Source: a virus. From it: 64,000 nt of DNA. Below are positions 47,493-58,348 of the stretch, piece after piece. The translations under genes and the position numbers were made by a program. Position 1 is the first letter of the stretch. Every line of letters begins with the position of its first letter. The stretch is from the IMG/VR virus record IMGVR_UViG_3300032307_000516, positions 1-64,000 of that record, one strand, 5' to 3'. The notes under the pieces are model-generated. The model saw nothing but the letters and a program-made list of their open reading frames with translations. It did no database searches and had not been told where the DNA came from.

Positions 47493-47954
47493 ATGAATTA
47501 TCCTTTCAAAAGAGTTGTAATAGATATCAAAAATTATCTTTATATCCGTAGGATCATAAAGAAAAATCGAGATACTATTGAATGGCAAAAGTTTAAATTA
47601 AGAGTGGATTGGATCGGAAGAATCTATACGGTAATAAATCTTCCACCTGAGGTTTTATATTCACCGGATACACCCGAGGAAATTAGACCGGCTTATGTAC
47701 TTGAAGAATCCAAGCCTTTAAATGAATATTTAACAAGCTTAAATCTACAGGAAATAATACTTCCAAGTATTAATCCCATACCATCTTCTACTTCTTACCT
47801 ATTAACATATACCCCATATTTTCAAAGATTGTCGTTAAGATGGATCCTATACCGAACTATATTACTTCTAGTTCTTATTTGGACTCAAGTAAAATTTGGA
47901 TTTTTGGGATGGGTAGGATCACAACTAATTAATCTATATGAGTTTATCTTCTGA
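47493..47954 (+). CDS. Hypothetical membrane protein
   Basis: C-terminal hydrophobic segment. Confidence 0.6.
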   Translation: MNYPFKRVVIDIKNYLYIRRIIKKNRDTIEWQKFKLRVDWIGRIYTVINLPPEVLYSPDTPEEIRPAYVLEESKPLNEYLTSLNLQEIILPSINPIPSSTSYLLTYTPYFQRLSLRWILYRTILLLVLIWTQVKFGFLGWVGSQLINLYEFIF

Positions 47955-48696
47955 TATAAACATAACAAGACAAGCATATCCTTGGGGTAGAGCTTACATA
48001 ATAGAAGGAGCCGATGAGGCTCCTTTAATTTTACCATCTGTTACTACTATATTAAAACTAGTAGAAAATAAAAAATACGAAAAGCTCAGGAAAGAATTCG
48101 GTGAGAAAAGGTGGGAGAAGATACTTCACGATGCTGCGGAAAGGGGAACTGTCATGCACACCATGCTGGAGCTTTTTCTTTTGGAATGGGCAAAAGAAAA
48201 GAATGTTGACAGATCTTTAAAAAAAGCACAGATATTTGCAATCGAAGAATCTAGAAGAGATAACGGTAAATACCTAAAATATGTTGAGAAAGGTAGGAAT
48301 CTATTCTGGAATTTCTATCATGCTAAGTTCTGGGAAAATATCTCGGAAGTTGTAGACAATGAAGCATTTCTTTACACCACATTCAAAGGAGGATGGGCAG
48401 GAGCTTGCGATTTTGTTTATAGAGATTTAGAAATGAATCTAATAGTAGATGATTTTAAATCTTCAACCTCTCCTAAAGACGAGGAAGACATATTAAATTA
48501 CAAATTACAGATAGCTGCTTATATGTTTATGTGTGCTGAAAAATATGGTGAGGTTCCAAAGGTTGGAAAGATAAGGATAGCAAATGAACAGACCCCGGAT
48601 TTGCAAATATTTGAAGTCCACGATTATGAGCTAAAAGAATATCTTTCACAGTTTATTGAATTGGCTCAAAAATTTAGAAAAATACACTCCATATAA
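47938..48696 (+). CDS. PD-(D/E)XK exonuclease
   Basis: PSVTTIL, RGTVMH, AGACD, DDFKSS and QIAAY motifs. Confidence 0.88.
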   Translation: MSLSSDINITRQAYPWGRAYIIEGADEAPLILPSVTTILKLVENKKYEKLRKEFGEKRWEKILHDAAERGTVMHTMLELFLLEWAKEKNVDRSLKKAQIFAIEESRRDNGKYLKYVEKGRNLFWNFYHAKFWENISEVVDNEAFLYTTFKGGWAGACDFVYRDLEMNLIVDDFKSSTSPKDEEDILNYKLQIAAYMFMCAEKYGEVPKVGKIRIANEQTPDLQIFEVHDYELKEYLSQFIELAQKFRKIHSI

Positions 48697-48744
48697 GAAA
48701 CTTCTTATTATTTCCAAGTATAACAAACATAAAAAATATTTAAA

Positions 48745-49254
48745 ATGGCAAAGACTAAAATTAAAGAAGCAGCACCAGCTATTACTGAAGAACAAAACGA
48801 AGCAATCCTTGATAAGTTCATCACTAATGTAGATCAAGAAAAAGTTGCTTCAATCAGAAAAGATTTAGAGGACTTTAAAAAAAGTCTTACTGATAAGGAG
48901 TATGCAGTTTCAATGGATGCTAACTTATTAAAAAGATTTGACACATTCATGAACGAGGAAGTGGAATGGAGATCTAAAGAAGCATTAGGTGTTACTGAAA
49001 TTATTAAAAGAATCGAAGCCATTAAAAAAGAAGGAATTAAAGATGGTGTAGCATACTTAACAAATCTTGAAGTTGAGGCTTCTCACTATTTTCTTATGAA
49101 ATGGTCAGGAAAGGGATCTTCAGAAGTTAAGGATTTCATTTCTTTATGGAAAACTTTCGAAGAAACACTAGCTCTTATCCAACAAGATAACGCTGTAGTT
49201 AAAGACTTAGAACAACAATTAGCTGCTGCAGAACAAGGAGTAGAGATTGAATAA
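48745..49254 (+). CDS. Hypothetical helical protein
   Basis: 169-aa ORF followed by a terminator. Confidence 0.65.
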   Translation: MAKTKIKEAAPAITEEQNEAILDKFITNVDQEKVASIRKDLEDFKKSLTDKEYAVSMDANLLKRFDTFMNEEVEWRSKEALGVTEIIKRIEAIKKEGIKDGVAYLTNLEVEASHYFLMKWSGKGSSEVKDFISLWKTFEETLALIQQDNAVVKDLEQQLAAAEQGVEIE

Positions 49255-49278
49255 TTAATAACCTGCTACTATAATACT

Positions 49279-49309
49279 AAAGACTGGATTTAACTCCAGT
49301 CTTTTTTTT
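49279..49309 (+). terminator. Intrinsic terminator
   Basis: AAAGACTGGA/TCCAGTCTTT plus T-run. Confidence 0.8.
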
Positions 49310-49326
49310 GTGGATATATAGAGAGT

Positions 49327-50481
49327 ATGAAAAAGAAATTGTTTCCTTGGATAATAGCACTCTCGGCTTTAGCTGTCTCCGGATCTGCTGCATTCTATTC
49401 AGTATCAGGATTAGGTAAAATGTTTGCTGGAGCTTCTTTGCAAGTTATGGTTCTTGCAGGCAGTCTAGAATTTGCAAAACTTGTAACGGCTTCACTTTTG
49501 TACCAATATTGGACTTCTCTTAATAGATTGCTCAAAGTTTACCTATCTATAGCCACTCTTATTTTGATTTTAATAACGTCTGCTGGGATTTACGGGTTCT
49601 TGTCAGCTGCTTATCAAGAAACAGCTTTTAAAGTCCAGAATCAGGACAAAAACATCGAAATATTGGATAAGAATATTTCCATAATCAAAACTGAAATAGC
49701 CAATTACGAATCACAGGTTAAGCAGAAAAATGATAGGGTATCACAATTAACTACGATTAGAACAAATCTTCAATCCACACAGGATGTATTAATAGAAAAG
49801 GGGAAATCTACCAACGCTGTTAGACAGCAAATTAAAGATGTTGATTCAGAGATCAAAAGAGTAGATTCCGAGGTATCAGCACTTAATGATTCAATATCTT
49901 CTAAAAATAGTAAAATATCTTTAATCGAAACCAATAAACTAGACGTATCCTCCGACTCAGATCTTGCTAAAGAAGTTGGACCACTTAAATATATTGCCGA
50001 ATTAACTGGAAAGGGATTGGGTGAGATTGTGAATTGGTATATTATAGTACTGATGCTAGTTTTTGATCCACTAGCAATAGCTTTAGTTATTGCTGCAAAC
50101 TTTGCATTTCAGAAATCCAAAGATGACGAGGGAGTAGATACAAAAAATAAAATAACAGAAGAAAACAAAAAAGATGATATGAAAGATGTAGCTAAAAAAT
50201 TATGGGGGACTTTAACCAAATTTACAAGAAGAAAAAACAAATCCTCTAATGAAGATACCAAGGATCCAATTATAGAAGAAGCACTTACTCCGAAAAAGGA
50301 ATCACCTTTCATATCTGTTTCTGATATAGTCAAAGAAGATTTGGTAGATAATAAGAATGAGGAGGAGATTCAAGAGAGTGAAGAGGATAAATACAATAGG
50401 GAAATGGAAGAATATAAGAGAAGAAGGGATAGATTCAGAAACAATCCTGGAAACCAAGGCCCATTAAGAAGAACGAGATGA
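49327..50481 (+). CDS. Membrane-anchored coiled-coil protein
   Basis: Three N-terminal TMs (LEFAK, GIYGFLS), coiled coil, EVGPLKYIA and VFDPLA. Confidence 0.75.
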   Translation: MKKKLFPWIIALSALAVSGSAAFYSVSGLGKMFAGASLQVMVLAGSLEFAKLVTASLLYQYWTSLNRLLKVYLSIATLILILITSAGIYGFLSAAYQETAFKVQNQDKNIEILDKNISIIKTEIANYESQVKQKNDRVSQLTTIRTNLQSTQDVLIEKGKSTNAVRQQIKDVDSEIKRVDSEVSALNDSISSKNSKISLIETNKLDVSSDSDLAKEVGPLKYIAELTGKGLGEIVNWYIIVLMLVFDPLAIALVIAANFAFQKSKDDEGVDTKNKITEENKKDDMKDVAKKLWGTLTKFTRRKNKSSNEDTKDPIIEEALTPKKESPFISVSDIVKEDLVDNKNEEEIQESEEDKYNREMEEYKRRRDRFRNNPGNQGPLRRTR

Positions 50482-51062
50482 TAAAACCAATTTATACAAC
50501 AAATCCGGAGTACATAAAGTTCTTAGATTGTAATCCTGCGGTCTATAGAAGAGTAGCATTCCAATCTTGTAATTTAGATATAAAAGAAGGATCAAAGGTT
50601 TTGTCTACTATATCATTATGTGACTTTAAATTGGAATCATTAGGAAGCGGGGATCTTGGAGGATGTGGAGGATCTTTAAAAAGAAATATAACTTTAAAAG
50701 CTTCTTCTAATTATGTACTAACAGCGCCGGAAGTAGGTCAAGAGCAAGGGGAGGTTCAGCTGATTGTAATAAAGGTTAAGTACGATAGTAAAATAGATCC
50801 AGCGGATAGGTATTTGACTTGGGAATATAAGGGAAATGCTTATCCTATAAATTCTCTTATGGTTTTAACCGGTAGAACAGAACCAGGGATACCTTGGCAA
50901 GGATGGGATTTAAGTTATTACTCTAACAATCCTCCTTCTCCAGACTTTTCACCCCATATATTTCCACCGATTACTTCTCCGGATTTAACTTTCGGAGGTA
51001 TTATGTTTACCAACCCTAATCAGTCTTATGATGCTGAACTAGAAATATTTGTTTTTAACTAA
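50478..51062 (+). CDS. Hypothetical structural protein
   Basis: Paralog of the next gene (FQxCNL, ISLCD, GWDL, GG..NP). Confidence 0.65.
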   Translation: MIKPIYTTNPEYIKFLDCNPAVYRRVAFQSCNLDIKEGSKVLSTISLCDFKLESLGSGDLGGCGGSLKRNITLKASSNYVLTAPEVGQEQGEVQLIVIKVKYDSKIDPADRYLTWEYKGNAYPINSLMVLTGRTEPGIPWQGWDLSYYSNNPPSPDFSPHIFPPITSPDLTFGGIMFTNPNQSYDAELEIFVFN

Positions 51063-51616
51063 TGGCTACACCACCTCTAGTATGTAATACTATTCCTTTC
51101 GAAGGAGCTATCTTCCAAAGATGTAACCTACAGGTTATTAACGGAACAACTGTAATTAGAGAAATCTCTTTATGTGACACAGACATAACGATAAACAATT
51201 TTTCGAGCTTTTCTGGATGCGTCTATGGTAACTCGACACTTCTATTAAACTCTGAAGGACTTGGAGAGCTTTCTTTTATAATGATAAAAGCAACATATCC
51301 TACTACTTTACCAGTAGCTAGTAGATTTATAAATATAATCTATGATGGAGCTTATTTGCCGATGTCAAATTTAACTATATTAACAGGCAATCCTAGTGAT
51401 TATTCACCAAATTTTCCAGGTAGAGGATGGGATTTAGATCCTAATGGAAGCGATATCGAATCTCCTTTCTTCAGCCAAGGAGGTATGTTACTCTATAATC
51501 CTCATAGTGTTAGGGTAAACGTTGAGGTGATATTAGCTGGAGGATTTTCAACTTCCAACGGATCATCAAACGATTTTATCGTTTCGGAAGATGGAGATTT
51601 TATAATGTCCGAATAA
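51062..51616 (+). CDS. Hypothetical structural protein
   Basis: Paralog of the previous gene. Confidence 0.65.
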   Translation: MATPPLVCNTIPFEGAIFQRCNLQVINGTTVIREISLCDTDITINNFSSFSGCVYGNSTLLLNSEGLGELSFIMIKATYPTTLPVASRFINIIYDGAYLPMSNLTILTGNPSDYSPNFPGRGWDLDPNGSDIESPFFSQGGMLLYNPHSVRVNVEVILAGGFSTSNGSSNDFIVSEDGDFIMSE

Positions 51617-51629
51617 AAAAAATTATAAA

Positions 51630-52865
51630 ATGTCGAATAGAAAAAGACCTATATCTAATTATCCAACCGCTGAACAATTTACAGATGGTGATTTTTTATT
51701 GGGGCTGCACGAGGGAAAAACATCCAAATTTCCTCAAACAATAATAACTTCAGCAGGTCCTACAGGTGATAGCGGAACCAGTGGAACATCAGGATTATCT
51801 GCTTTAGGCTTACCATCAAAAGTTATTTTTACTGATAATACAGGATGGACATATGATGGAACTGCGGGAACTAATACTAAAACTTTCACATTCTCAACTC
51901 CATTTCAAAATACCAACTATTCTGCGGATTTAATTTGGCAACTTGCGGACTTTGATGCTACCGCTCATAGTAATAGTTTTAGTGATAATTTTGGGTCAGT
52001 AATATTCCTAAATAAAACAGCATCTTCAATAGATGTTGAATTTGATTATGTTTCATCCGATATATCGGGATTACCAGGTTTTAATGCCCGTTTAGTTTTG
52101 ATTGCAGAAGGGGAAAGTAATGGGTCAGGTATAAATGGTACATCGGGCACTAGCGGAACATCAGGATCAAGTGGAGCCAGTGGTTCTTCAGGTACTTCAG
52201 GAACATCAGGAATAAATGGAACTAGCGGATCTTCTGGAACATCAGGATCTTCTGGAACATCAGGAACTAGTGGATCTTCTGGAACATCAGGAACTAGTGG
52301 ATCTTCTGGAACATCAGGTTCATCGGGTACTTCTGGAACATCAGGAACTAGTGGATCTTCGGGAACATCAGGATCTTCGGGAACATCAGGATCTTCGGGA
52401 ACATCAGGAACTAGTGGATCTTCTGGAACATCAGGTTCATCGGGTACTTCTGGAACATCAGGATCTAGTGGCACAGCAGGAACTTCAGGATCTAGCGGAA
52501 CTTCTTTTTCGTCACCCTATACTGGAAACATACAAATAAACGGACAGGCGTGGATTACTGCTGACGCAAACGGAAACACCACATCAACAACAGCTGTTGA
52601 TTGGAATAATGGAAATATACAGACCTTCACACTAAACGCTAACCCAACAACTTTTACTTTTAGCAACGGACAAGCAGGAGCTACTTACATTTTAATAATA
52701 AGACAAAATTCCTCAGGTTCATATACAGTGAGCTGGCCTGGAACAGTAGCTTGGTCTGGAGCTTCAACTCCAACTATGACTCCAACCGCTAATAGATATG
52801 ATGTTTATACATTTATTTATGATGGTACTAAATACTTTGGATCGTATGTACAAAACTTTACGTAA
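51630..52865 (+). CDS. Gly-Ser/Thr repeat fibre protein
   Basis: (GTS/GSS)n tract followed by a VDWNNGN...WPGTVAW domain. Confidence 0.75.
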   Translation: MSNRKRPISNYPTAEQFTDGDFLLGLHEGKTSKFPQTIITSAGPTGDSGTSGTSGLSALGLPSKVIFTDNTGWTYDGTAGTNTKTFTFSTPFQNTNYSADLIWQLADFDATAHSNSFSDNFGSVIFLNKTASSIDVEFDYVSSDISGLPGFNARLVLIAEGESNGSGINGTSGTSGTSGSSGASGSSGTSGTSGINGTSGSSGTSGSSGTSGTSGSSGTSGTSGSSGTSGSSGTSGTSGTSGSSGTSGSSGTSGSSGTSGTSGSSGTSGSSGTSGTSGSSGTAGTSGSSGTSFSSPYTGNIQINGQAWITADANGNTTSTTAVDWNNGNIQTFTLNANPTTFTFSNGQAGATYILIIRQNSSGSYTVSWPGTVAWSGASTPTMTPTANRYDVYTFIYDGTKYFGSYVQNFT

Positions 52866-54265
52866 TGATAGTATTTCCGTTTTCTTTTCTATCTGTTCAG
52901 AATAGTTTAATACTGGACTGGGACATACAAAATCAATCATCATATTCAGGAAGCGGATCAACTATAACGGATCTAAGAGGAAATTCTAACGGGACATTAG
53001 TTGGAACAATAGACTACACCTCAGGATACCCTAGTTATTTAACTATTCAGGGTAGCAGCAGTGAGTATATTGTTTCGTCTGTTAATCTAAACTCCAAATT
53101 ATCCCCTACCAATACAGGAACTTCAATATCATATTTTCTTTGGGTTTACCCTACAGGAAACGGTGTTATATTAAACGAACAAGGAACAACGACACCCGCT
53201 AGTAGCTGGCACGATACACAAATTGAAATTGTATCTGGATCATTGAAATTTAGGCTCTGGCAATTAGCTTCTCCTTTTTTAACCTCCAGTACTAGTATAA
53301 CTTTAAATACATGGAATCACATAGGATTAACCTATGATGGTACTAATTTAATCGCATACCTAAACGGGTCGCAAGTAGCTTCCACAACTTCTTTTTCGAG
53401 GCTTACGCCTTACAACGATGGCAGTGGAGTAGGCTTATATTATTCCCTAGGAGCAACTGACAACGCTACAAATATGGGTGACGGCAACGGTGCTACATTT
53501 AGATTCGGCTCATTTCGTGTATATAACACAGGATTAACAGGAACTCAAGTTTTGAATCTTTACAACGACACTAAATCTAGCTACAGCATAGTTACTGATA
53601 GTCTTTTCATGAAATTAGATGCGTCTAATTACACTAGGGGAACTTGGATTGATGAAACAGGTAACGGAAATAATGCAACAATCAACGGAGCTACTTGGCT
53701 GTCATCAGACGGAGGAATATTTGATTTAGATGGTTCTAGTAATACTATTAGTATACCTAATAACTCGTCATTATCCTTATCTGCATCAGTACAAAAAACA
53801 ATACAGGTTTGGGTTAAATTTGACACTTTACCTGCATTGAATGTACAGATTCCAGTCTTTGGTAAGCTTTCTTCTAATTATGGATTTGATGGATATTGGG
53901 GCGGTTTATATTCTAATAGCGGTTTAGTAAGATGTGTTACCAATGGAACAGGTGCACAGAAAATATCTAATTCATCTCTAACAGTTAACTCTAATACATG
54001 GTACCTATTTACTTTTGTTTCACAAATATCATCAACTAGCAATACAACTAAGGTTTATATTAATACTACTGAATACATTACTACTGCTCACGGATCTGAT
54101 TCATATTCGGAATCTAACCCGCTTTATTTGGGATGGATCGGATCTGGTGTTGGATCTGCATACCTTAACGGAAAGATAGGAGCCTGTTATTTCTACACAA
54201 AAGGATTAAGCGTATCGGAGATTACTACAAACTACAATGCTACAAAATCTAAATACGGTTTATAA
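52865..54265 (+). CDS. Tandem LamG/concanavalin-A-like domain protein
   Basis: Two lectin-like domains (WNHIGLTYDG, WYLFTFV). Confidence 0.82.
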   Translation: MIVFPFSFLSVQNSLILDWDIQNQSSYSGSGSTITDLRGNSNGTLVGTIDYTSGYPSYLTIQGSSSEYIVSSVNLNSKLSPTNTGTSISYFLWVYPTGNGVILNEQGTTTPASSWHDTQIEIVSGSLKFRLWQLASPFLTSSTSITLNTWNHIGLTYDGTNLIAYLNGSQVASTTSFSRLTPYNDGSGVGLYYSLGATDNATNMGDGNGATFRFGSFRVYNTGLTGTQVLNLYNDTKSSYSIVTDSLFMKLDASNYTRGTWIDETGNGNNATINGATWLSSDGGIFDLDGSSNTISIPNNSSLSLSASVQKTIQVWVKFDTLPALNVQIPVFGKLSSNYGFDGYWGGLYSNSGLVRCVTNGTGAQKISNSSLTVNSNTWYLFTFVSQISSTSNTTKVYINTTEYITTAHGSDSYSESNPLYLGWIGSGVGSAYLNGKIGACYFYTKGLSVSEITTNYNATKSKYGL

Positions 54266-54267
54266 AA

Positions 54268-55617
54268 ATGATAGTATTTCCGTTTTCTTTTACTAAATCT
54301 ACCTCAACTTTAGCCGAGGGTTTAATAATTAAGCTAGATGCTAATGATACATCTAGTTATCCAGGTACAGGAACTAGCGTATTTAATTTACAAAGCGGAT
54401 CTTATAACCACACTTTATCTGGAGCTACATACACTATTCTTGATGGTATTAAATGCTTTGATTGTACAACAGGAACTAATAGAGTTGTGGTAGATAGCAC
54501 AGGTCCCACTTTACCAACCACTGGATACACATACATTACTTGGGCGAGAGTGATATCGAGCAATTCTTCTTTTAGAACCTTACTCTACACGAACTCTCCA
54601 AAATATACACCAATCACCGTACCTAGTGGTACAGATACACTCGGATATTGGGATACGCAGTTCAGAACTTCTGGATATAATCTGACTTCCTCCGAAGAAA
54701 CCTGGGTTCAATTCTCTGTAGTAGGTGATAACTCATCGCAAACATTTTATATCAACGGTGGTCAGGTAGGAAGTACAATTGCTTACGGTTCAGGAGGAAC
54801 TACTCACTGGGGATGGGGTAATAATGATAATACAGTACAGCCTTGGGGTCATGTTGCTAATTTATATTATTACAATAGAAAACTAAGCCTATCTGAAATA
54901 GTAGATCAGTATAATACATTATCCCCAACTTTCTATAACTATGTAAGATCAAATTTAGTTTTATATTTTGATCCGAATAATCCATCTAGCTACGTTTCAG
55001 GATCTACTGTAAATGATCTTTCCGGTAATTCATTAAACGGAACTTTAAGTAGTGTTACATATACAACGCCATCATTCAATTTCGATGGAGCATCATCTCA
55101 AATATCAATCGCAGATAATTCTTTATTAGAGCCAGGAAGTGGTAGCTTCACAGTGGAGGTTTGGGTCAATCAATCTGTATCCGGTAATGATGTTGTACTT
55201 GGTAAATTTAATAACGGAGGCCTTGCACAAAATGTAAGTTACAGTATAAGAACAACAGGTACAACATTTTATGCACAAATAGGATCAGGAAGTGGCAGTG
55301 GTTCGACATTATATATTAATAGCACAAACTTCACTGGAACACTAAACACGTGGTACCAAATTGTTTATGTATTTAAAAACGGAGGAACTAAAACATTAGA
55401 AACTTTCGTAAATGGTTCAAGCATCGGTACTGTAAGCCATAATTTATCAAGCATACTAAATTCAACTAATCCTCTTTATATTGGAAGTTACAATGGAGGT
55501 GAATATTCTCAATGGTTTGCTGGTAAAATAGGAATTACAAGAATCTATAATAAAGCTCTAGATAGTTCAGAAATAGTACAGAATTTTGAAAATGATGCCT
55601 CTAGATATGGACTTTAG
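54268..55617 (+). CDS. Tandem LamG/concanavalin-A-like domain protein, paralog
   Basis: Same MIVFPFSF start; WYQIVYV and RIYNKAL motifs. Confidence 0.82.
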   Translation: MIVFPFSFTKSTSTLAEGLIIKLDANDTSSYPGTGTSVFNLQSGSYNHTLSGATYTILDGIKCFDCTTGTNRVVVDSTGPTLPTTGYTYITWARVISSNSSFRTLLYTNSPKYTPITVPSGTDTLGYWDTQFRTSGYNLTSSEETWVQFSVVGDNSSQTFYINGGQVGSTIAYGSGGTTHWGWGNNDNTVQPWGHVANLYYYNRKLSLSEIVDQYNTLSPTFYNYVRSNLVLYFDPNNPSSYVSGSTVNDLSGNSLNGTLSSVTYTTPSFNFDGASSQISIADNSLLEPGSGSFTVEVWVNQSVSGNDVVLGKFNNGGLAQNVSYSIRTTGTTFYAQIGSGSGSGSTLYINSTNFTGTLNTWYQIVYVFKNGGTKTLETFVNGSSIGTVSHNLSSILNSTNPLYIGSYNGGEYSQWFAGKIGITRIYNKALDSSEIVQNFENDASRYGL

Positions 55618-55769
55618 GCTATAAATTAAATAAATCTTAGTAAATTATATGATACATACAATAGTATCAACAATAAATAATCTAATAATACCTTAGATGC
55701 AATTTCCGATAAAGCTAATCTAGGAAAATCTTTCTAGATGATGATATATACTAAAAAAGCAAATTAAAA

Positions 55770-58100
55770 ATGGAAAAAAATATTAATCCAGAGATCAACA
55801 GATTAAACATGGAAACATCTAAGCAAGCAGCGGATTCTCTTAGAGAGTGGGCAGGTCTAGGTGCTTCTAAAGCTCCTGTTGCTTCTTCTTTCCTTAATGG
55901 ATCGACTTCTCAAATGCTTAAAGAATCAAATAACAATGATTTTTCACCAAAATCAAAAGGAAATACATCTTTTAGTTTCGGACTTACTAACACAGTTTCA
56001 GCACTTAAAAATTCGAGTATTTATGAATTACCAGCAGGTAAAATTCTTCTTGAAAAATACGAATTCCTTCTTTTTAATAAGGGTATCTCTGAAGCTTTCT
56101 TAATCGAAGGATTAATTGAAGACCTTAGATCTTTTTCTTGGGAAAATTCAGTTGCACCGGTTTTAGAAAACTTATCTGACACTTATGAAAAAAATAGAAG
56201 AGAGGTTGAGGTTTTAAAAACATATGAAACTATCAAAGGAACTTCTGGGAAAGAATTATTCTCTGATGCAACTTCTCAAATGAAAAATTGGTTAGTATCT
56301 GAAAGAAGAACATCAGATACTTTAATCCATGGTCTTAAAAGATTTGGGTTTAATCCAATGGTTAGAAATTTAGTTAGTTTCCTTTCCATTTATGAAAATA
56401 ATGAAACTGGTAAATTTAACGTAGGATATGATAATGATGTTTGTGAAGTTACTAACATTTATTCACCAGTTCACGTAAACGAGAACGAATCTATATTCTA
56501 TGCTTCTGGTAAATTCTTCAAATTAGATGGAGATACTAATAGCATCTTCGAATGCGAAATGGACGATGTTCCTGCTGAACTTTCTGACAAAGCTCAAGTA
56601 TTAGCTGATAGAGATATTAAAATTGGTAACAATAAGATCTCTTTAAATCTTGGAAATAATAGAATAGAGATCGTATTTGAAAACGAGTCTAAAAACATTT
56701 ACTTTGACGGTAAACAAATAAATGAGGAAGATCTTCCAGCAGTAGTTAGTGTTTCAACCAATAATCTATTAGAAGGATCAAATCACAAGATTGCAAAAGC
56801 GGTATTTGTTTCTAATGTAGCTGAAGAATTAGTTGATCTTGACTTCGGTAAGAAGATCAAATCTAAAATCTACGAAGGAGTAGAAGCTAACATCTTCAAA
56901 ATCGAAGGTAAAATATACGTACAAACTGTTAATCCTTCAATGAGACTTAACAAAATGTATGAAGCAAATGCAACTCAAGCTATTAACATCGTACAAGATT
57001 TCCTTAAATATGATATCTCTGAATCTCTTACAGAATTCTTAGACGGAGAAAAAGCTTTCTTAAGCATCATGAAAAATGATAAGAAAGAGATCGTTAATAA
57101 TATTGAAATCTTAGAAAGTGAATTAAGAAAAATAGACCAAGCTAAGGAACAAAATCCTTTACTCGCAAATTCTCAAGAATTAAATTCTTTACAAGAGGGA
57201 ATCGAAAACGAAATTGAATCTCTTAAAGATAGATGGAATCAAATTAATGTCGAGATTTCTAGATTCGAGAATAAAGCTAAAGTGGTTGATTCAGTTAATG
57301 AAGATATGGGATATCCAATTGACACTGAAGTTAGAGTAAAAAGAAATGGTGTTAAAGGTAAAGTAATAGGTGTTGACGGAAGCTCAAAAACTTATACAGT
57401 GCTTTTTAAGGAGGGTAAGACCGGAGAATATTTTTTCTCTGACGTAGAGGATCTTACCGACGAAGTAGAAAACTATGATATTAAAGCACCTGAATTAGAT
57501 CTTGAATTTAGCGCGGATCTTACAAACGAGTCAGAGGAAAACTTTGCAGCTGCTCCAGATAAAGCATCTGCTAGCCACTACGATAAAGTTTTTATGAGTA
57601 TGTACAAAAAACATTTATCTGCTGCTCCTGATAAAAAAACTGGAGCATCTCCTAAATTTGTTGAAGATTCAAAGAATGCTAATTTAGCTTCTGTTTCGAA
57701 TTCAGGAAAAAAATCACCTTTAACTGGAAGAGGAGTTAAAAACGTTTCTGGAATGGCTACTTCACCTAAAGGAAGTGCAGGAAAGGGTAAAAACTTTATA
57801 GATAATCCTTCAAATGCAGATTTAGCTGATGCACCTGGATCTAAAATTAAAACTCCAGGTAAATTCATTCAGGATCTTAAAAATATGAATTTGTCTTTAA
57901 AAGAAAGCCAAAAAAATTCACACATCGAAAAGGCTCCTAAAGCAAAAGTTGAGAAGCCAAAAAAATTCATAGAAAACGAAGATGATGCTAATTTAGCTGA
58001 TGCTCACGGTAACAGCAAAAAAAATGGTAAAAAATTCGTAGAAGATATGAATAGAGCAGGACTTTCTAAAGCACCTGCTTCGAAATCAAAAAAAAAGTAA
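55770..58100 (+). CDS. Large hypothetical late protein with C-terminal (N/D)AxLA(D/S)AP-like repeats
   Basis: 776-aa ORF, GATATATA upstream, ending in A AAA AAG TAA. Confidence 0.7.
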   Translation: MEKNINPEINRLNMETSKQAADSLREWAGLGASKAPVASSFLNGSTSQMLKESNNNDFSPKSKGNTSFSFGLTNTVSALKNSSIYELPAGKILLEKYEFLLFNKGISEAFLIEGLIEDLRSFSWENSVAPVLENLSDTYEKNRREVEVLKTYETIKGTSGKELFSDATSQMKNWLVSERRTSDTLIHGLKRFGFNPMVRNLVSFLSIYENNETGKFNVGYDNDVCEVTNIYSPVHVNENESIFYASGKFFKLDGDTNSIFECEMDDVPAELSDKAQVLADRDIKIGNNKISLNLGNNRIEIVFENESKNIYFDGKQINEEDLPAVVSVSTNNLLEGSNHKIAKAVFVSNVAEELVDLDFGKKIKSKIYEGVEANIFKIEGKIYVQTVNPSMRLNKMYEANATQAINIVQDFLKYDISESLTEFLDGEKAFLSIMKNDKKEIVNNIEILESELRKIDQAKEQNPLLANSQELNSLQEGIENEIESLKDRWNQINVEISRFENKAKVVDSVNEDMGYPIDTEVRVKRNGVKGKVIGVDGSSKTYTVLFKEGKTGEYFFSDVEDLTDEVENYDIKAPELDLEFSADLTNESEENFAAAPDKASASHYDKVFMSMYKKHLSAAPDKKTGASPKFVEDSKNANLASVSNSGKKSPLTGRGVKNVSGMATSPKGSAGKGKNFIDNPSNADLADAPGSKIKTPGKFIQDLKNMNLSLKESQKNSHIEKAPKAKVEKPKKFIENEDDANLADAHGNSKKNGKKFVEDMNRAGLSKAPASKSKKK

Positions 58101-58348
58101 ATACACAAAAAATAATTGAGTCTGTTACCGGCAATCCTGAAGAGGGGCTTGGTAACAGACTCAATTTTATTTTAGACGATTTGAAAGATTGTCTAATAAA
58201 AATAGAAGAATTGGAAACTTCTAGTAAGGAACACGGTAAGATAGGAATAGAAACAATTAGAAATTCTAGGAAAGATTTGGAACAATTAAGGGTAAATTTA
58301 GAAAAACAACTGCAAAAGCTCCAAAATAATCTCCCAGAAGAACAATGA
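58097..58348 (+). CDS. -1 frame extension (83 codons) of the upstream gene, no ATG
   Basis: Open from the slippery site to a TGA overlapping the next ATG; coiled-coil-like sequence. Confidence 0.55.
   Translation, partial: VNTQKIIESVTGNPEEGLGNRLNFILDDLKDCLIKIEELETSSKEHGKIGIETIRNSRKDLEQLRVNLEKQLQKLQNNLPEEQ

Noticed and set aside
47938-48696. Cas4-like nuclease as CRISPR evidence
   Set aside because: It is a common phage PD-(D/E)XK exonuclease without the Fe-S cysteine set or an array.
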